From Pachysolen tannophilus NRRL Y-2460 (lineage: Eukaryota), in NCBI GenBank assembly GCA_001661245.1, contig KV454012.1, positions 950,848 to 1,014,847 on the forward strand: 64,000 nucleotides of DNA, in the 5' to 3' direction. Positions 54,085 through 64,000 of the stretch are shown here, piece after piece. The notes beneath the pieces were generated by a model that saw only the letters and a program-made list of their open reading frames with translations, did not search any database and was not told where the DNA came from. Numbering within the stretch: position 1 is the first letter of the stretch; each line of letters begins with the position of its first letter. The position numbers were made by a program, and so were the translations under genes.

Positions 54085-55935
54085 ATGATGTTGCGAGTTT
54101 GTGCTAGGAGTGGGTTGAGGTTTCTGATTTATAAAAAATTGAGTAGAGAGAATTTTAGTGGTGGTATCTTATTGATGAGAAGTGTTTATACTACAACGGA
54201 TGGTAACGATGAAAGTAAGAATTCGATCAAGGTTCCTTATGGTAAGAATGTGGAGATATCACGAGGTTTCAAGAAAGGAGCTGAAGGTGGGGTTTTGGAA
54301 GGTCAAGAGCAAGAAGATATTATCAAACCTCCAGTTCATGTGGATATCTTGGAAGAACAAAAGAAATTTGAGCAAAGTTTAAAATTAGAAGAGGAAATAG
54401 AAAGAGCTAAATTGGTCAAGTTACCGACACCTAAGATGTTGAAACAGCATTTAGATGATTATATTGTTGGTCAAGAAACTACCAAGAAGATTATATCTGT
54501 TGCTGTTTATAAGCATCAATATATTCAACAATTAACAGCAATAGATAAAAAATATAAAATGAGATTACATCAATTTAATAGTTCATTGCTGTCTTTGGAA
54601 TCTTATGATACAGAGCTAATGATAGAAGAACCTGATTTGGAAAAATCCAATATTTTATTAATTGGACCTTCAGGTTCAGGAAAGACTTTAATTGCAAAGA
54701 CATTAGCCAAATTATTAAAATTACCAATTACAATAACGGATTGTACTTCATTAACTCAAGCAGGGTATGTCGGTGAAGATATTGAAAGTTGTATTGAGAA
54801 ATTATTAATAAATGCAAATTATGATGTTGATTTATGTGAACGTGGAATTGTGGTATTAGATGAAATAGATAAATTATCCAAACCTTCACTTTATAGTGGA
54901 ACAAAAGATATTGCAGGAGAAGGTGTTCAACAAGGTCTTTTAAAATTGATTGAAGGTAGTAAAGTTAGTGTTAAGGTAAAAGATTATGCCAATATTAAAG
55001 GTGTTTTGAATGATAGTACAAACACTGATAATAGTAAAAAAAATGGTAATGAACAAAATTTTATTGTTGATACCAGTAATATTTTATTTATTTCAATGGG
55101 TGCTTTCATTGGTCTTGATAAAATTGTAGCACAAAGATTTAGATCATCATCGGCTATTGGGTTTGATGATGACGATCATAATAATAATAAAATTGATTCT
55201 AAAAAAGTAATCGATCAAGATGAATTTAATTCTGAAAATATTGATCAAGATGAATTTACTACATCTGGTTTCCAAGAGAAAATAAAAACTCTGGATAAAG
55301 ATGATTTCAAGACAAGTATAGTTGAACATGTTGTCTTGAGTAATGGTAAAAGTTTATCTGCATTAGAATTAACTTCTCCAGTGGATTTACAACAATTTGG
55401 GTTAATACCTGAATTAATTGGAAGGTTACCAATAATTACAGCATTGAACCCATTATCAGTTGAAAATCTTGTAGAAATCTCAACAGAACCTAAAAATTCA
55501 ATAATTAAACAATATGAATATTTTTTCCAAAAAATGGGAGTAAGATTAGCCATTACAAATAAGGCAATTGAAAAAATTGCCAAAATATCACTTTTAAATG
55601 GATCTGGAGCAAGAGGCTTAAGATCAATCTTGGAGAAAATCTTATTAAGTGTTAATTATGATTGTCCAGGTTCAGGTATTTCATTTGTATTAATAGATAA
55701 ACAAGTTCTTTATAATTTTGAAAAAAATGATGGATTAATAATTAATACAGATCATACAGAAACACAAATCCAAAACTCAATTTCAGCAAAATACTATTCC
55801 AGAGGTGATATATTCACTTTCTTAAACGATGTGGGCCAAGAAGATGAACAATTGATGAAGAAAATCGAACAAGAATACAAGATCCCAAGTTTAACCCAAC
55901 ACAAGAAAGTTGAAAAAATCAATGCCTCCGGATAA
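54085..55935 (+). CDS. MCX1: Mitochondrial ClpX AAA+ unfoldase
   Basis: Basic presequence-like N-terminus, LDDYIVGQ, Walker A GPSGSGKT, TQAGYVGED pore loop, Walker B LDEIDK, GEGVQQ, PELIGRLP, GARGLR. Confidence 0.94.
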   Translation: MMLRVCARSGLRFLIYKKLSRENFSGGILLMRSVYTTTDGNDESKNSIKVPYGKNVEISRGFKKGAEGGVLEGQEQEDIIKPPVHVDILEEQKKFEQSLKLEEEIERAKLVKLPTPKMLKQHLDDYIVGQETTKKIISVAVYKHQYIQQLTAIDKKYKMRLHQFNSSLLSLESYDTELMIEEPDLEKSNILLIGPSGSGKTLIAKTLAKLLKLPITITDCTSLTQAGYVGEDIESCIEKLLINANYDVDLCERGIVVLDEIDKLSKPSLYSGTKDIAGEGVQQGLLKLIEGSKVSVKVKDYANIKGVLNDSTNTDNSKKNGNEQNFIVDTSNILFISMGAFIGLDKIVAQRFRSSSAIGFDDDDHNNNKIDSKKVIDQDEFNSENIDQDEFTTSGFQEKIKTLDKDDFKTSIVEHVVLSNGKSLSALELTSPVDLQQFGLIPELIGRLPIITALNPLSVENLVEISTEPKNSIIKQYEYFFQKMGVRLAITNKAIEKIAKISLLNGSGARGLRSILEKILLSVNYDCPGSGISFVLIDKQVLYNFEKNDGLIINTDHTETQIQNSISAKYYSRGDIFTFLNDVGQEDEQLMKKIEQEYKIPSLTQHKKVEKINASG

Positions 55936-56280
55936 GTAAATCTCTATAATCGATATACTTATATACGTACATACAAACTATAAAAAATAACCCCAATACA
56001 AAAAAACACACTTCTTGCTATTGCTCTTGCCATTATCGCTCTCGTCATTGTCGTTGTCGTTGTCGTTATCTCTTCAATTCTCCAGGTGAAATCTGCCAAA
56101 ATGTCCGCTGTGTCAATGTGCCACTAACCTTTCCTCTTTTGTAAACGGTATCAAACCGATAATAGGTGCCATAATAACTTTGCTCATTGGTATTTAACAT
56201 ATAATATATATATATATAATATATATATATGATATAAATATTAGTTATTAATTATTGATTATAATAGATCTTAAGAGGTT

Positions 56281-58536
56281 ATGGAAAAATTCAATCTTCC
56301 ATTTAGGAGGCCGGCGGCTTCTAAGATTTTGAAAATTTGTAATGTTCCAAGTAATCAACTTGCATTAAGTAATTGTGTTGTTGCTAATCCAAAAGATTTT
56401 CGAGATGGTGAAACTGTGATAGCAGATAATATTTTTGTATTTTCAGTGAGAACATCTAGTGAGGTTGGTGAAGGGTTTCTTGGTGCTAATGGGAATCAAA
56501 GGATGTGGGCTCATTGGTCATTGAATCAAGATGTTTCAATTGCTCCTTATGATTTGTTTAAGAGTACTGGTAGTCATGCATATTTAGGACTGTTAAACAT
56601 TGAAATTAGATTTAGAAATAGAAATAAGACTACTAATCATAAATTTGATCAAGATGTTTTATCTGAAAAATTTATTCAAAATTATGAATCTCAAATTTTT
56701 CAACCAACACAAGAGATGGTATTTGAATTTCAAGGTTTTTTATTTAATTTAGTTGTTAAATCAGTTCAATTGGTAGATTTGGGACAAGCGGCTTCTCTGG
56801 ATTCAAATATTTCTTCTAATATTACCTCTAAAGGTTTATTAACAAATCATACTTTAATAACTTTTTATAGTGGTGATAATATTGTAAAATTGGATTCAAA
56901 TTCTTTAAATAGACCAAATGCAGATGCAATTATAAGACCAGATTTTAAATTTGAAGATATGGGAATTGGTGGTTTAGATAAAGAATTTACATCCATTTTT
57001 AGAAGAGCTTTTGCTTCAAGAATTTTTCCTCCAGCTTTAATTGAAAAATTAGGAATTACTCATGTAAAAGGTTTATTATTATATGGTCCTCCTGGTACTG
57101 GTAAAACTTTAATTGCAAGAAGAATTGGTAAAATGTTAAATGCAAGAGAACCAAAAATTGTTAATGGTCCAGAAATTTTAAGTAAATATGTTGGTTCATC
57201 AGAGGAAAATATTCGTAATCTTTTCAAAGATGCTGAAGCAGAATATAAATCAAAAGGTGATTCTTCTTCTTTACATATCATTATATTTGATGAATTGGAT
57301 TCTGTTTTTAAACAAAGAGGTTCAAGAGGTGATGGTACAGGTGTTGCTGATAACGTTGTTAATCAATTGTTATCCAAGATGGACGGTGTTGATCAATTAA
57401 ATAATATTTTAATTATTGGTATGACCAATCGTCGTGATTTGATTGATGAAGCATTGTTAAGACCAGGTAGATTTGATGTTCAAGTTGAAATTCATTTACC
57501 AGATGAATATGGTAGAAAACAAATTTTAGAAATTAAAACCAAGAAAATGAAAGAAAATTCAATGTTAACTCCTGATGTTAATTTAAACGAATTAGCTTCT
57601 TTAACTAAAAATTTTAGTGGTGCTGAATTAGAAGGTTTAGTTAAAAGTGCATCTTCTTTCTCCATTAATAGACATATTAAAGTTGGAACCGTGGCAGCTA
57701 TTAATGAAGATGTTGCCAATATGAAGGTTACTAGACTGGATTTCCTCAATGCATTGAATGAAGTTAAACCTGCATTTGGTGTTAATGAAGAAGATTTGAA
57801 AATGGTTACTAAAGGTGGAATAATAAAATTCTCTACTAAGATTGATGAAATTATAAATCATGGAATGCGTTATTTGAAACAAGTTAGTGATTCTCAAAAG
57901 ACTTCTTTTATCTCATTATTAATGCATGGTCCATCGGGTTCTGGTAAGACAGCTTTAGCAGCATCAATTGCCTTGGCATCTAAATTCCCCTTTGTCAGAT
58001 TTATTTCTCCAGAAGCTATGGTAGGAATGTCTGAATCAGCTAAAATCCAATACATTGATAATACTTTCCGTGATAGTTATAAATCTCCTTTGAATGTATT
58101 GGTTGTTGATAATATAGAAGGATTAATCGAATGGGTTCCAATTGGTCCAAGATTTAGTAATCCAATTTTACAAGCTTTAAAAGTATACCTTAAGAGATCA
58201 CCACCAGAAGGTCATAGATTGTTGATCATCTCAACATCATCGACTCATGCTGTATTACAACAAATGGATATTCTAAACTGTTTCCACAACGAATTGGCTG
58301 TTCCTAATTTGACCTCATTAGCTGAATTCAACAACGTTATGGAATCTGTTGATTTCATGGATGAGAATGCAAGAGCATATATTACAAAGAAATTACAAGC
58401 AATCGAAGCAAACAATGGTGCAAGATTGAATGTTGGTATCAAGAAAGCATTGACAAATATCGATACAGCTTCTTTCGATCAAGATGAATCAAACGAGCTT
58501 ATTGAATTAATGGCACAAACCATGACAAGCAGATAA
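56281..58536 (+). CDS. SEC18: Vesicle-fusing ATPase NSF/Sec18
   Basis: MGIGGLDKEF..IFRRAFASR, GPPGTGKT, IIFDELD, LLRPGR, second Walker A GPSGSGKT, PIGPRFSN. Confidence 0.97.
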   Translation: MEKFNLPFRRPAASKILKICNVPSNQLALSNCVVANPKDFRDGETVIADNIFVFSVRTSSEVGEGFLGANGNQRMWAHWSLNQDVSIAPYDLFKSTGSHAYLGLLNIEIRFRNRNKTTNHKFDQDVLSEKFIQNYESQIFQPTQEMVFEFQGFLFNLVVKSVQLVDLGQAASLDSNISSNITSKGLLTNHTLITFYSGDNIVKLDSNSLNRPNADAIIRPDFKFEDMGIGGLDKEFTSIFRRAFASRIFPPALIEKLGITHVKGLLLYGPPGTGKTLIARRIGKMLNAREPKIVNGPEILSKYVGSSEENIRNLFKDAEAEYKSKGDSSSLHIIIFDELDSVFKQRGSRGDGTGVADNVVNQLLSKMDGVDQLNNILIIGMTNRRDLIDEALLRPGRFDVQVEIHLPDEYGRKQILEIKTKKMKENSMLTPDVNLNELASLTKNFSGAELEGLVKSASSFSINRHIKVGTVAAINEDVANMKVTRLDFLNALNEVKPAFGVNEEDLKMVTKGGIIKFSTKIDEIINHGMRYLKQVSDSQKTSFISLLMHGPSGSGKTALAASIALASKFPFVRFISPEAMVGMSESAKIQYIDNTFRDSYKSPLNVLVVDNIEGLIEWVPIGPRFSNPILQALKVYLKRSPPEGHRLLIISTSSTHAVLQQMDILNCFHNELAVPNLTSLAEFNNVMESVDFMDENARAYITKKLQAIEANNGARLNVGIKKALTNIDTASFDQDESNELIELMAQTMTSR

Positions 58537-58784
58537 GAAATCGATACCATTATCATCACCATTAACAACTCACAAGAATCAAAAATCAAAAAGAAAAAAA
58601 AAGTTGATTTCTGTCGATATATTCTATACGTCTATATATATATATATATATTTATATATATACATTCTATATATTTGTCTTTTCTGTTCACTATTATGAT
58701 TGATAAATTTTAAAGATCTTTTAGTTATATCATGTAATTTTGAATCTTTCCATTAACCTGATAAATCGAATTGAAAAAAGAATA

Positions 58785-58786
<2 letters not shown>

Positions 58787-58834
<48 letters not shown>

Positions 58835-59356
58835 NNNNNNNNNNNNNNNNNNNNNNNNNNNNNNNNNNNNNNNNNNNNNNNNNNNNNNNNNNNNNNNNNN
58901 NNNNNNNNNNNNNNNNNNNNNNNNNNNNNNNNNNNNNNNNNNNNNNNNNNNNNNNNNNNNNNNNNNNNNNNNNNNNNNNNNNNNNNNNNNNNNNNNNNNN
59001 NNNNNNNNNNNNNNNNNNNNNNNNNNNNNNNNNNNNNNNNNNNNNNNNNNNNNNNNNNNNNNNNNNNNNNNNNNNNNNNNNNNNNNNNNNNNNNNNNNNN
59101 NNNNNNNNNNNNNNNNNNNNNNNNNNNNNNNNNNNNNNNNNNNNNNNNNNNNNNNNNNNNNNNNNNNNNNNNNNNNNNNNNNNNNNNNNNNNNNNNNNNN
59201 NNNNNNNNNNNNNNNNNNNNNNNNNNNNNNNNNNNNNNNNNNNNNNNNNNNNNNNNNNNNNNNNNNNNNNNNNNNNNNNNNNNNNNNNNNNNNNNNNNNN
59301 NNNNNNNNNNNNNNNNNNNNNNNNNNNNNNNNNNNNNNNNNNNNNNNNNNNNNNNN

Positions 59357-59400
<44 letters not shown>
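58787..59400. repeat. (TA)n microsatellite flanking assembly gap 58835-59356
   Basis: More than 20 TA units on each side of the N run. Confidence 0.95.
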
Positions 59401-59403
<3 letters not shown>

Positions 59404-59409
59404 TTTAGA

Positions 59410-60568
59410 ATGAATTGTTCTCTGTCATCCAATGCTATAGCACTTATGGATGACTTCATAACTTCTAGTTTAATTGATAATGTATGTATGTAATTTTTTG
59501 TTTAAATAATGTTTTTGCAAAACTAACATTTATTGAGAATTGAGTTACCATTAGTTATATTTTTGGGCAACAACAAGGAAGATACAGGATATATGGTTCA
59601 AGCCAATCTTGAATCGTTATGTGTTAGAGTCAATCCAGATGTATTTATTGGATGTAGCTGATGAACCATTATGTTCTTTATGTGTTAGCGATTTAATGGA
59701 AAGAGTAGAGACTAGAGAATTTATATCTAAATACATTGATAATGAATTGAAATTAACAGAATTTGAGAATCATTTTGAAAAATATCTCAATATTTATTTA
59801 CCAGATTGTGTATTTGAAATTAATACTACTAGTAGATATGGTGGTAAGATAGGTAAGAGATTTATGGAAGGAACTGTTGTTGCTAGAAGAGAAATTTTAC
59901 TGGGACAAGAGATTAAATATTTACAAGGTATTTTAAGTGAAGTTTCAGAAGAAGAAACTTTGAATATAAATGATTTGAGTATAATTAGATTATCAAGTAA
60001 AAAAAATAAACCATGTTTAATGTTGGGTCCTTTAAGATTTGTTAATCATGATTGTAATGCTAATTCAAAATTTTTTTCAAAATTAAATGTTTTAAAAATA
60101 GTTTCCACAAGAAAGATTTTGATGGGAGAAGAAATAACTGTATTTTATTCAAATGATTATTTTGGTGAAGATAATTGTGATTGTTTATGTGCTAGTTGTG
60201 AACGTAGTCTTAATGGATATTGGAAATTACATAGAAAATTGATGATTCAAAGATCCCTTGATTTACCAATATTGAATAATACCAAGTCACAATTATCGAA
60301 TACAAAGATAAGACCAAGACGTTATACAAGGTTACAAAATTCGAAAAATAAAACAATACTAGATTTTTATGGAATGAAACCATCCCAAGATAAGAAAAAG
60401 ACAATTAATTTTTTAAACAAATTGTATAACAGAAATGTAAGGTCCAAGGCAAAATGCGACAACTGCGGTGTCTTCACTGCAGCTGAACCCATATGCTTGC
60501 GGTGCAAAAGACACCAATTAATATATAAAACTGCTTGGCCATTAACATTACAAATTCAAAGGAGCTAG
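59410..60568 (+). CDS. SET9: Histone H4-K20 methyltransferase Set9/Suv4-20 family; two exons, 59410-59481 and 59555-60568
   Basis: The spliced N-terminus MDDFITSSLIDN|LYFWATTRK matches the family's DD...L.D..YW motif. Also YLNIYLPDCVFEINTTSRY, LMLGPLRFVNHDCNAN, GEEITVFYSNDYFGEDNCDCLCASCE (SET plus post-SET), and C.RCKRH..IY...WP. Confidence 0.9.
59482..59554 (+). other. Spliceosomal intron in SET9 (73 nt)
   Basis: GTATGT at 59482, branch AACTAAC at 59521-59527, TAG at 59552-59554. The phase-0 join is in frame with the ORF at 59609 and restores a conserved motif. Confidence 0.88.
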
Positions 60569-60878
60569 CTGATAAAAAATTTTTTTTTTCTCTCTTTCTT
60601 TAGAAGCAGGTCTTCTATCAGCTTTTTCAATCTTGCTGCTATAGAGAGAAGTCTTAACCGCCCATATAGATCTATATCTACTATTTGTACTTTTTTTTCA
60701 ATTTATATCGTTGTCGTCGTCGTTGTTGTTGTCGTCGTTAAAAACTTCTTTTAAAAAATGATTCTTCCTCTCACCAGCCACTGTAATTATCTTTATTACC
60801 CTTTTAGGCTAGCAGCATTTGCCACATTCTGTTTTAGGAAATTTGGCGAATTGTGGCTGGCTTGAATGTTTTTTTCAA

Positions 60879-60889
60879 TGAAAAATTTT
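60879..60889 (+). promoter_or_regulatory. RRPE-like element upstream of eIF3a (similar TGAAAAATTT at 24307 upstream of CLU1)
   Basis: TGAAAAATTTT about 160 bp upstream of the ATG. Confidence 0.4.
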
Positions 60890-61045
60890 TTTTTTCCTCT
60901 TTTTTGGTCGTAATAACGAAAATCAATGAATAAAGTAGAGGAGGATATTATAAAATTGTCTTAATAGTGGAGAGATATAGATCCATATATCTATATATCT
61001 ATATATATCTATATATATAATAGTTGAGAGCAATATATATTGAGA

Positions 61046-63880
61046 ATGCCTCCACAAGTGGTTCGTCCAGATAGTATATTGAAGCGTGCTGAAGAGCTTA
61101 TTACAGCTGGGCAATCTGAAGCTGCGTTACAGACTTTATACAATTTGATTACTTCCAAGAGAACTCGTTCAGTTTTACCATTGGAGTTGGAACCAATTGC
61201 TTTGCTTTTTGTCGAGTTAGCTGTTAGTTTGAGGAATGTTAAGTTGGTAAAGGATGGTTTACATCAGTATAAGAAAAATGTTCAAACATCTACTAATGGG
61301 TTACAATCTGTTGAAACTGTTGTTAAAAAATTTATTGAATTATCTGAATCCAAGTTGAATGAAGCCCAGATTAAAGCTGATACAGTTGCTGTTGAAGAAG
61401 ATGATTTAGAAGCAGCTGAGTCTCCGGAGAGTATTTTATTGTCGGCTGTTTCGACAGATGATTCAAAGGATAGATCAGATCGTGAATTAATTACTCCATG
61501 GTTAAGATTTTTATGGGAAGGTTATAGAACTGTATTAGATATCTTGAGAAATAATTCTAAATTAGAACTTACTTATCATAAGATTGTCTTACAAGCTTTC
61601 CAATTTTGTTATAAGTTTAATAGGAAGACTGAATTTCATAGATTATGTGATTTATTAAGACAACATATTCAAAGTGCTACTATTTATCAAAAACAACAAG
61701 ATTATGTTGCAGTTAATCATGTGGACTTGACAGATGTTGATACTTTACAAAGATATTTGGAATTACGTTTTCAACAGTTGAATTTTTCTGTTAAATTGGA
61801 ATTATGGCAAGAATCTTTTAGGTCAGTTGAAGATGTTCATACTTTATTAAGTTCTTCAAAAAGACAAACAAAACCTCATATGATGGTTAATTATTATGAA
61901 AATTTGGCCAAAATTTTTGCCGTTTCTGATAACGCTTTATTTCACGCTGCTGCATGGCAAAAATTCTTCAACTTGTATTCTCAATCACCAACTGCCACTG
62001 AAGCTGAAATTAAACATTATGCTTCTGTTTTCTTATTATCTACTTTAGCTATTCCCCCTGAAGATGGTAGTGGGTCATCAAATGTTGATTTTGTAAGAAG
62101 TAAAAATTTTAAATTGACATCATTATTGAATTTACCAAAAATTCCAACTCGTGATTCATTGATTCAATCTATTTTAAATAGAGGTATTTTAAACATTGTT
62201 GATCCATCATTAGCAAAATTATATTCACTTTTGGAAAAATCTTTCCATCCATTAACTCTTGCTAAAGAAATTCAACCTTCATTTGAAATTATTGAAGCTA
62301 ATGTTGATTTGAAAAAATATGCAAAACCTTTATCAGAAGTTACTTTAACTAAATTATTTCAACAAGTATCAGAAATTTATGAAAGTATTAAATTAGATTT
62401 TTTGGTAGAATTAGCAACTTTTAAAAGTGAATTTCAGAAAACACCAATTGAAATTGAAAACTTTTTGGTTAATGCTGGTCAAAAAGGTTTATTATCTGTT
62501 AAGATTGATCATGATGCTAAAGTAGTTTCATTTAGAACTGATCCATTTGAAGAAAAATTATTTGGTACAAGTAACTTACAACCTATACCTGCCGAATTAG
62601 TTCATTCATTATTAGCTAATTTAGCTCAAACATTAGTTATAACCAATAGTAGAATTGATCCATCAATTGCTTTAGCTAAAGAAGTTGCAAGAAAACGTGC
62701 TTTAGAATTAGCAAATAAGGAATTTGATGCTGAAAGTAAGGAAGTTCTTTCTCGTTTCAATATTTTGGAAGAACGTCAACGTAAATTGGATGAAGCTAGA
62801 CGTATCAAGGAAGAAGAAGAAATTAGATTAAGACAAGAGAAACTGATAGCTGAGAAGAGAGCAGAACAAGAACGTATTGAACAAGAAGCTATTAGAAGAA
62901 GAAAGGAAAAATTATTGCGTGAACAAGAAGCAATTAAAGAAAAGGAAAAGAAGAAGATTGCAGAAGAAATTAATGCTAAAGGTATTATTAAAATTGATGT
63001 TGATAAATTGGAAGATCTTGATGCTGATAAGTTACGTTTGATGCAAGTTGAACAATTAACCAAGGATAAGAAAGATTTGGAAACCAAATTAAGATCTTTG
63101 GCCAAGAAGATGGATCATACCGAGAGAGCTTATAGAAGATATGAGTTACCATTATTGGCTAAAGATGCCGAGTTACAAAAGGAGAAAGATAAAGAAATTT
63201 ATGAAGAGACAAAGACTAAGATCATTGCTCAAGCCAAGAAAGAGCATGAATCTGCTATTAAATTACGTGATCGTCTTCAAAAAGTTGTTCCAGATTTCGA
63301 AAAGTTTAGAGCAGAAGTTGGTCTGCAAAAACATGAACAATATCTTGCTAAAGTTGCTGAGCTTAAGGCTAAATTAGAAGCTGCAAGACAAGAGCGTATT
63401 TCACAAGTTATAGCTGAAAGGAAAGCTTTTATGGAGGAAGAACTTAGAAATAAGAAAGAAGCTGAAAGAAGAGCTGCTGAAGAAGAAGAAATCTTAAAAC
63501 AAAAAGCTGAAGAGCGCCGCAAGAGAGAAGAAGCCATTGAAAAACAAAGAGAAATTGAACAATTGGCCTTACAGAAGAATAATAGCACGAAAAGAGTTGC
63601 ATCTCCTAGTGCTAGTGCTAGTACTGGTGCTGGTGCCGCCGAAGCTATCCCATCTGACAGACCATTAAGCTTTGCCGAAAAGATGAGACTTAAGAGAGAA
63701 CAACAACAAAGAGAAGGTTCTAACGCAAGCAATACAAGCTCTCCACGTGCCCCAGCCTCCTCACTTTCTCCAGCCTCTGCATCATCAAAAGTGGCATCTC
63801 CATCTCCAGCTCCTGCAAAGAAAGAATTGACATTTTCAGAGAAGATGAAATTGAAGAGAGCACAGGAAAAGAGATTGTAG
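61046..63880 (+). CDS. RPG1: Translation initiation factor eIF3 subunit a (first ATG at 61046)
   Basis: RPDSILKRAEELI, TPWLRFLWEGYRTVLDILRNN, KLELWQESFRSVEDVH, PCI domain, long charged helical region with DHTERAYR. Confidence 0.96.
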   Translation: MPPQVVRPDSILKRAEELITAGQSEAALQTLYNLITSKRTRSVLPLELEPIALLFVELAVSLRNVKLVKDGLHQYKKNVQTSTNGLQSVETVVKKFIELSESKLNEAQIKADTVAVEEDDLEAAESPESILLSAVSTDDSKDRSDRELITPWLRFLWEGYRTVLDILRNNSKLELTYHKIVLQAFQFCYKFNRKTEFHRLCDLLRQHIQSATIYQKQQDYVAVNHVDLTDVDTLQRYLELRFQQLNFSVKLELWQESFRSVEDVHTLLSSSKRQTKPHMMVNYYENLAKIFAVSDNALFHAAAWQKFFNLYSQSPTATEAEIKHYASVFLLSTLAIPPEDGSGSSNVDFVRSKNFKLTSLLNLPKIPTRDSLIQSILNRGILNIVDPSLAKLYSLLEKSFHPLTLAKEIQPSFEIIEANVDLKKYAKPLSEVTLTKLFQQVSEIYESIKLDFLVELATFKSEFQKTPIEIENFLVNAGQKGLLSVKIDHDAKVVSFRTDPFEEKLFGTSNLQPIPAELVHSLLANLAQTLVITNSRIDPSIALAKEVARKRALELANKEFDAESKEVLSRFNILEERQRKLDEARRIKEEEEIRLRQEKLIAEKRAEQERIEQEAIRRRKEKLLREQEAIKEKEKKKIAEEINAKGIIKIDVDKLEDLDADKLRLMQVEQLTKDKKDLETKLRSLAKKMDHTERAYRRYELPLLAKDAELQKEKDKEIYEETKTKIIAQAKKEHESAIKLRDRLQKVVPDFEKFRAEVGLQKHEQYLAKVAELKAKLEAARQERISQVIAERKAFMEEELRNKKEAERRAAEEEEILKQKAEERRKREEAIEKQREIEQLALQKNNSTKRVASPSASASTGAGAAEAIPSDRPLSFAEKMRLKREQQQREGSNASNTSSPRAPASSLSPASASSKVASPSPAPAKKELTFSEKMKLKRAQEKRL

Positions 63881-64000
63881 TATTTCCCCAAAATTATATA
63901 TAAATATATATAAATATTGTTTATTTTTTTTTTTTTTCTCAACTTTCTTCCACTTATACAGGTTGTCTTATAGCATGATTAACTTGAATAATATGTCATA

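Noticed and set aside
58725..59493. IYIYIY ORFs across the (TA)n tract and gap
   Set aside because: Microsatellite plus Ns. Only the last part (59410-59481) is real, as SET9 exon 1.
6207..61045. Non-ATG (TTG/GTG) starts given by the ORF track for DYN3, TAF1, ATG18, Tudor-SN, NCS6, BLM10, SET9 and eIF3a
   Set aside because: These come from prokaryote-style start calling. Each gene has a nearby in-frame ATG or an upstream ATG exon, and the sequence offers no evidence for near-cognate initiation.
62776..63942. Antisense ORFs (109 and 221 aa) over the eIF3a 3' end
   Set aside because: Mirror of Glu/Lys/Ala/Ser-rich coding sequence, with no independent protein features. The same applies to the other short overlapping ORFs in the track.
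1..64000. CRISPR arrays, transposons/LTRs, tRNA or rRNA genes (including the predicted tRNA-Ala(CAG))
   Set aside because: None recognised by eye; the repeats present are microsatellites, coding repeats or assembly overlaps. Small ncRNAs could be missed without a covariance-model scan.

Overview
AT-rich, gene-dense window from a draft budding-yeast (Saccharomycotina) nuclear genome with three N gaps. It carries about 21 protein-coding genes, mostly recognisable housekeeping orthologues: PRC1 (partial, missed by the ORF track), CHS7, RIA1/EFL1, dynein light intermediate chain, RNH70/REX1 (split by a 1-nt frameshift), TAF1, ATG18, an ankyrin+DIL protein, UBC7, CLU1, Tudor-SN, a GPI cell-wall protein, POP5, PRP45, NCS6, BLM10, UGGT, MCX1, SEC18, SET9 and eIF3a, plus two unassigned ORFs. 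The strongest signal is genome-wide: in-frame CTG codons sit where homologues, and this genome's own protein repeats, have alanine rather than leucine. The organism therefore very likely uses the CUG=Ala code (NCBI table 26, known from Pachysolen tannophilus and relatives), and the supplied translations would then be wrong at every CTG. Two spliceosomal introns (CLU1, SET9) extend the ORF-track models. Several genes or features absent from S. cerevisiae are retained: Set9, Tudor-SN, a catalytically complete UGGT and an IGF loop in ClpX. No tRNA, rRNA, transposon or CRISPR was recognised. Homologue motifs quoted are recalled from memory; no searches were run.
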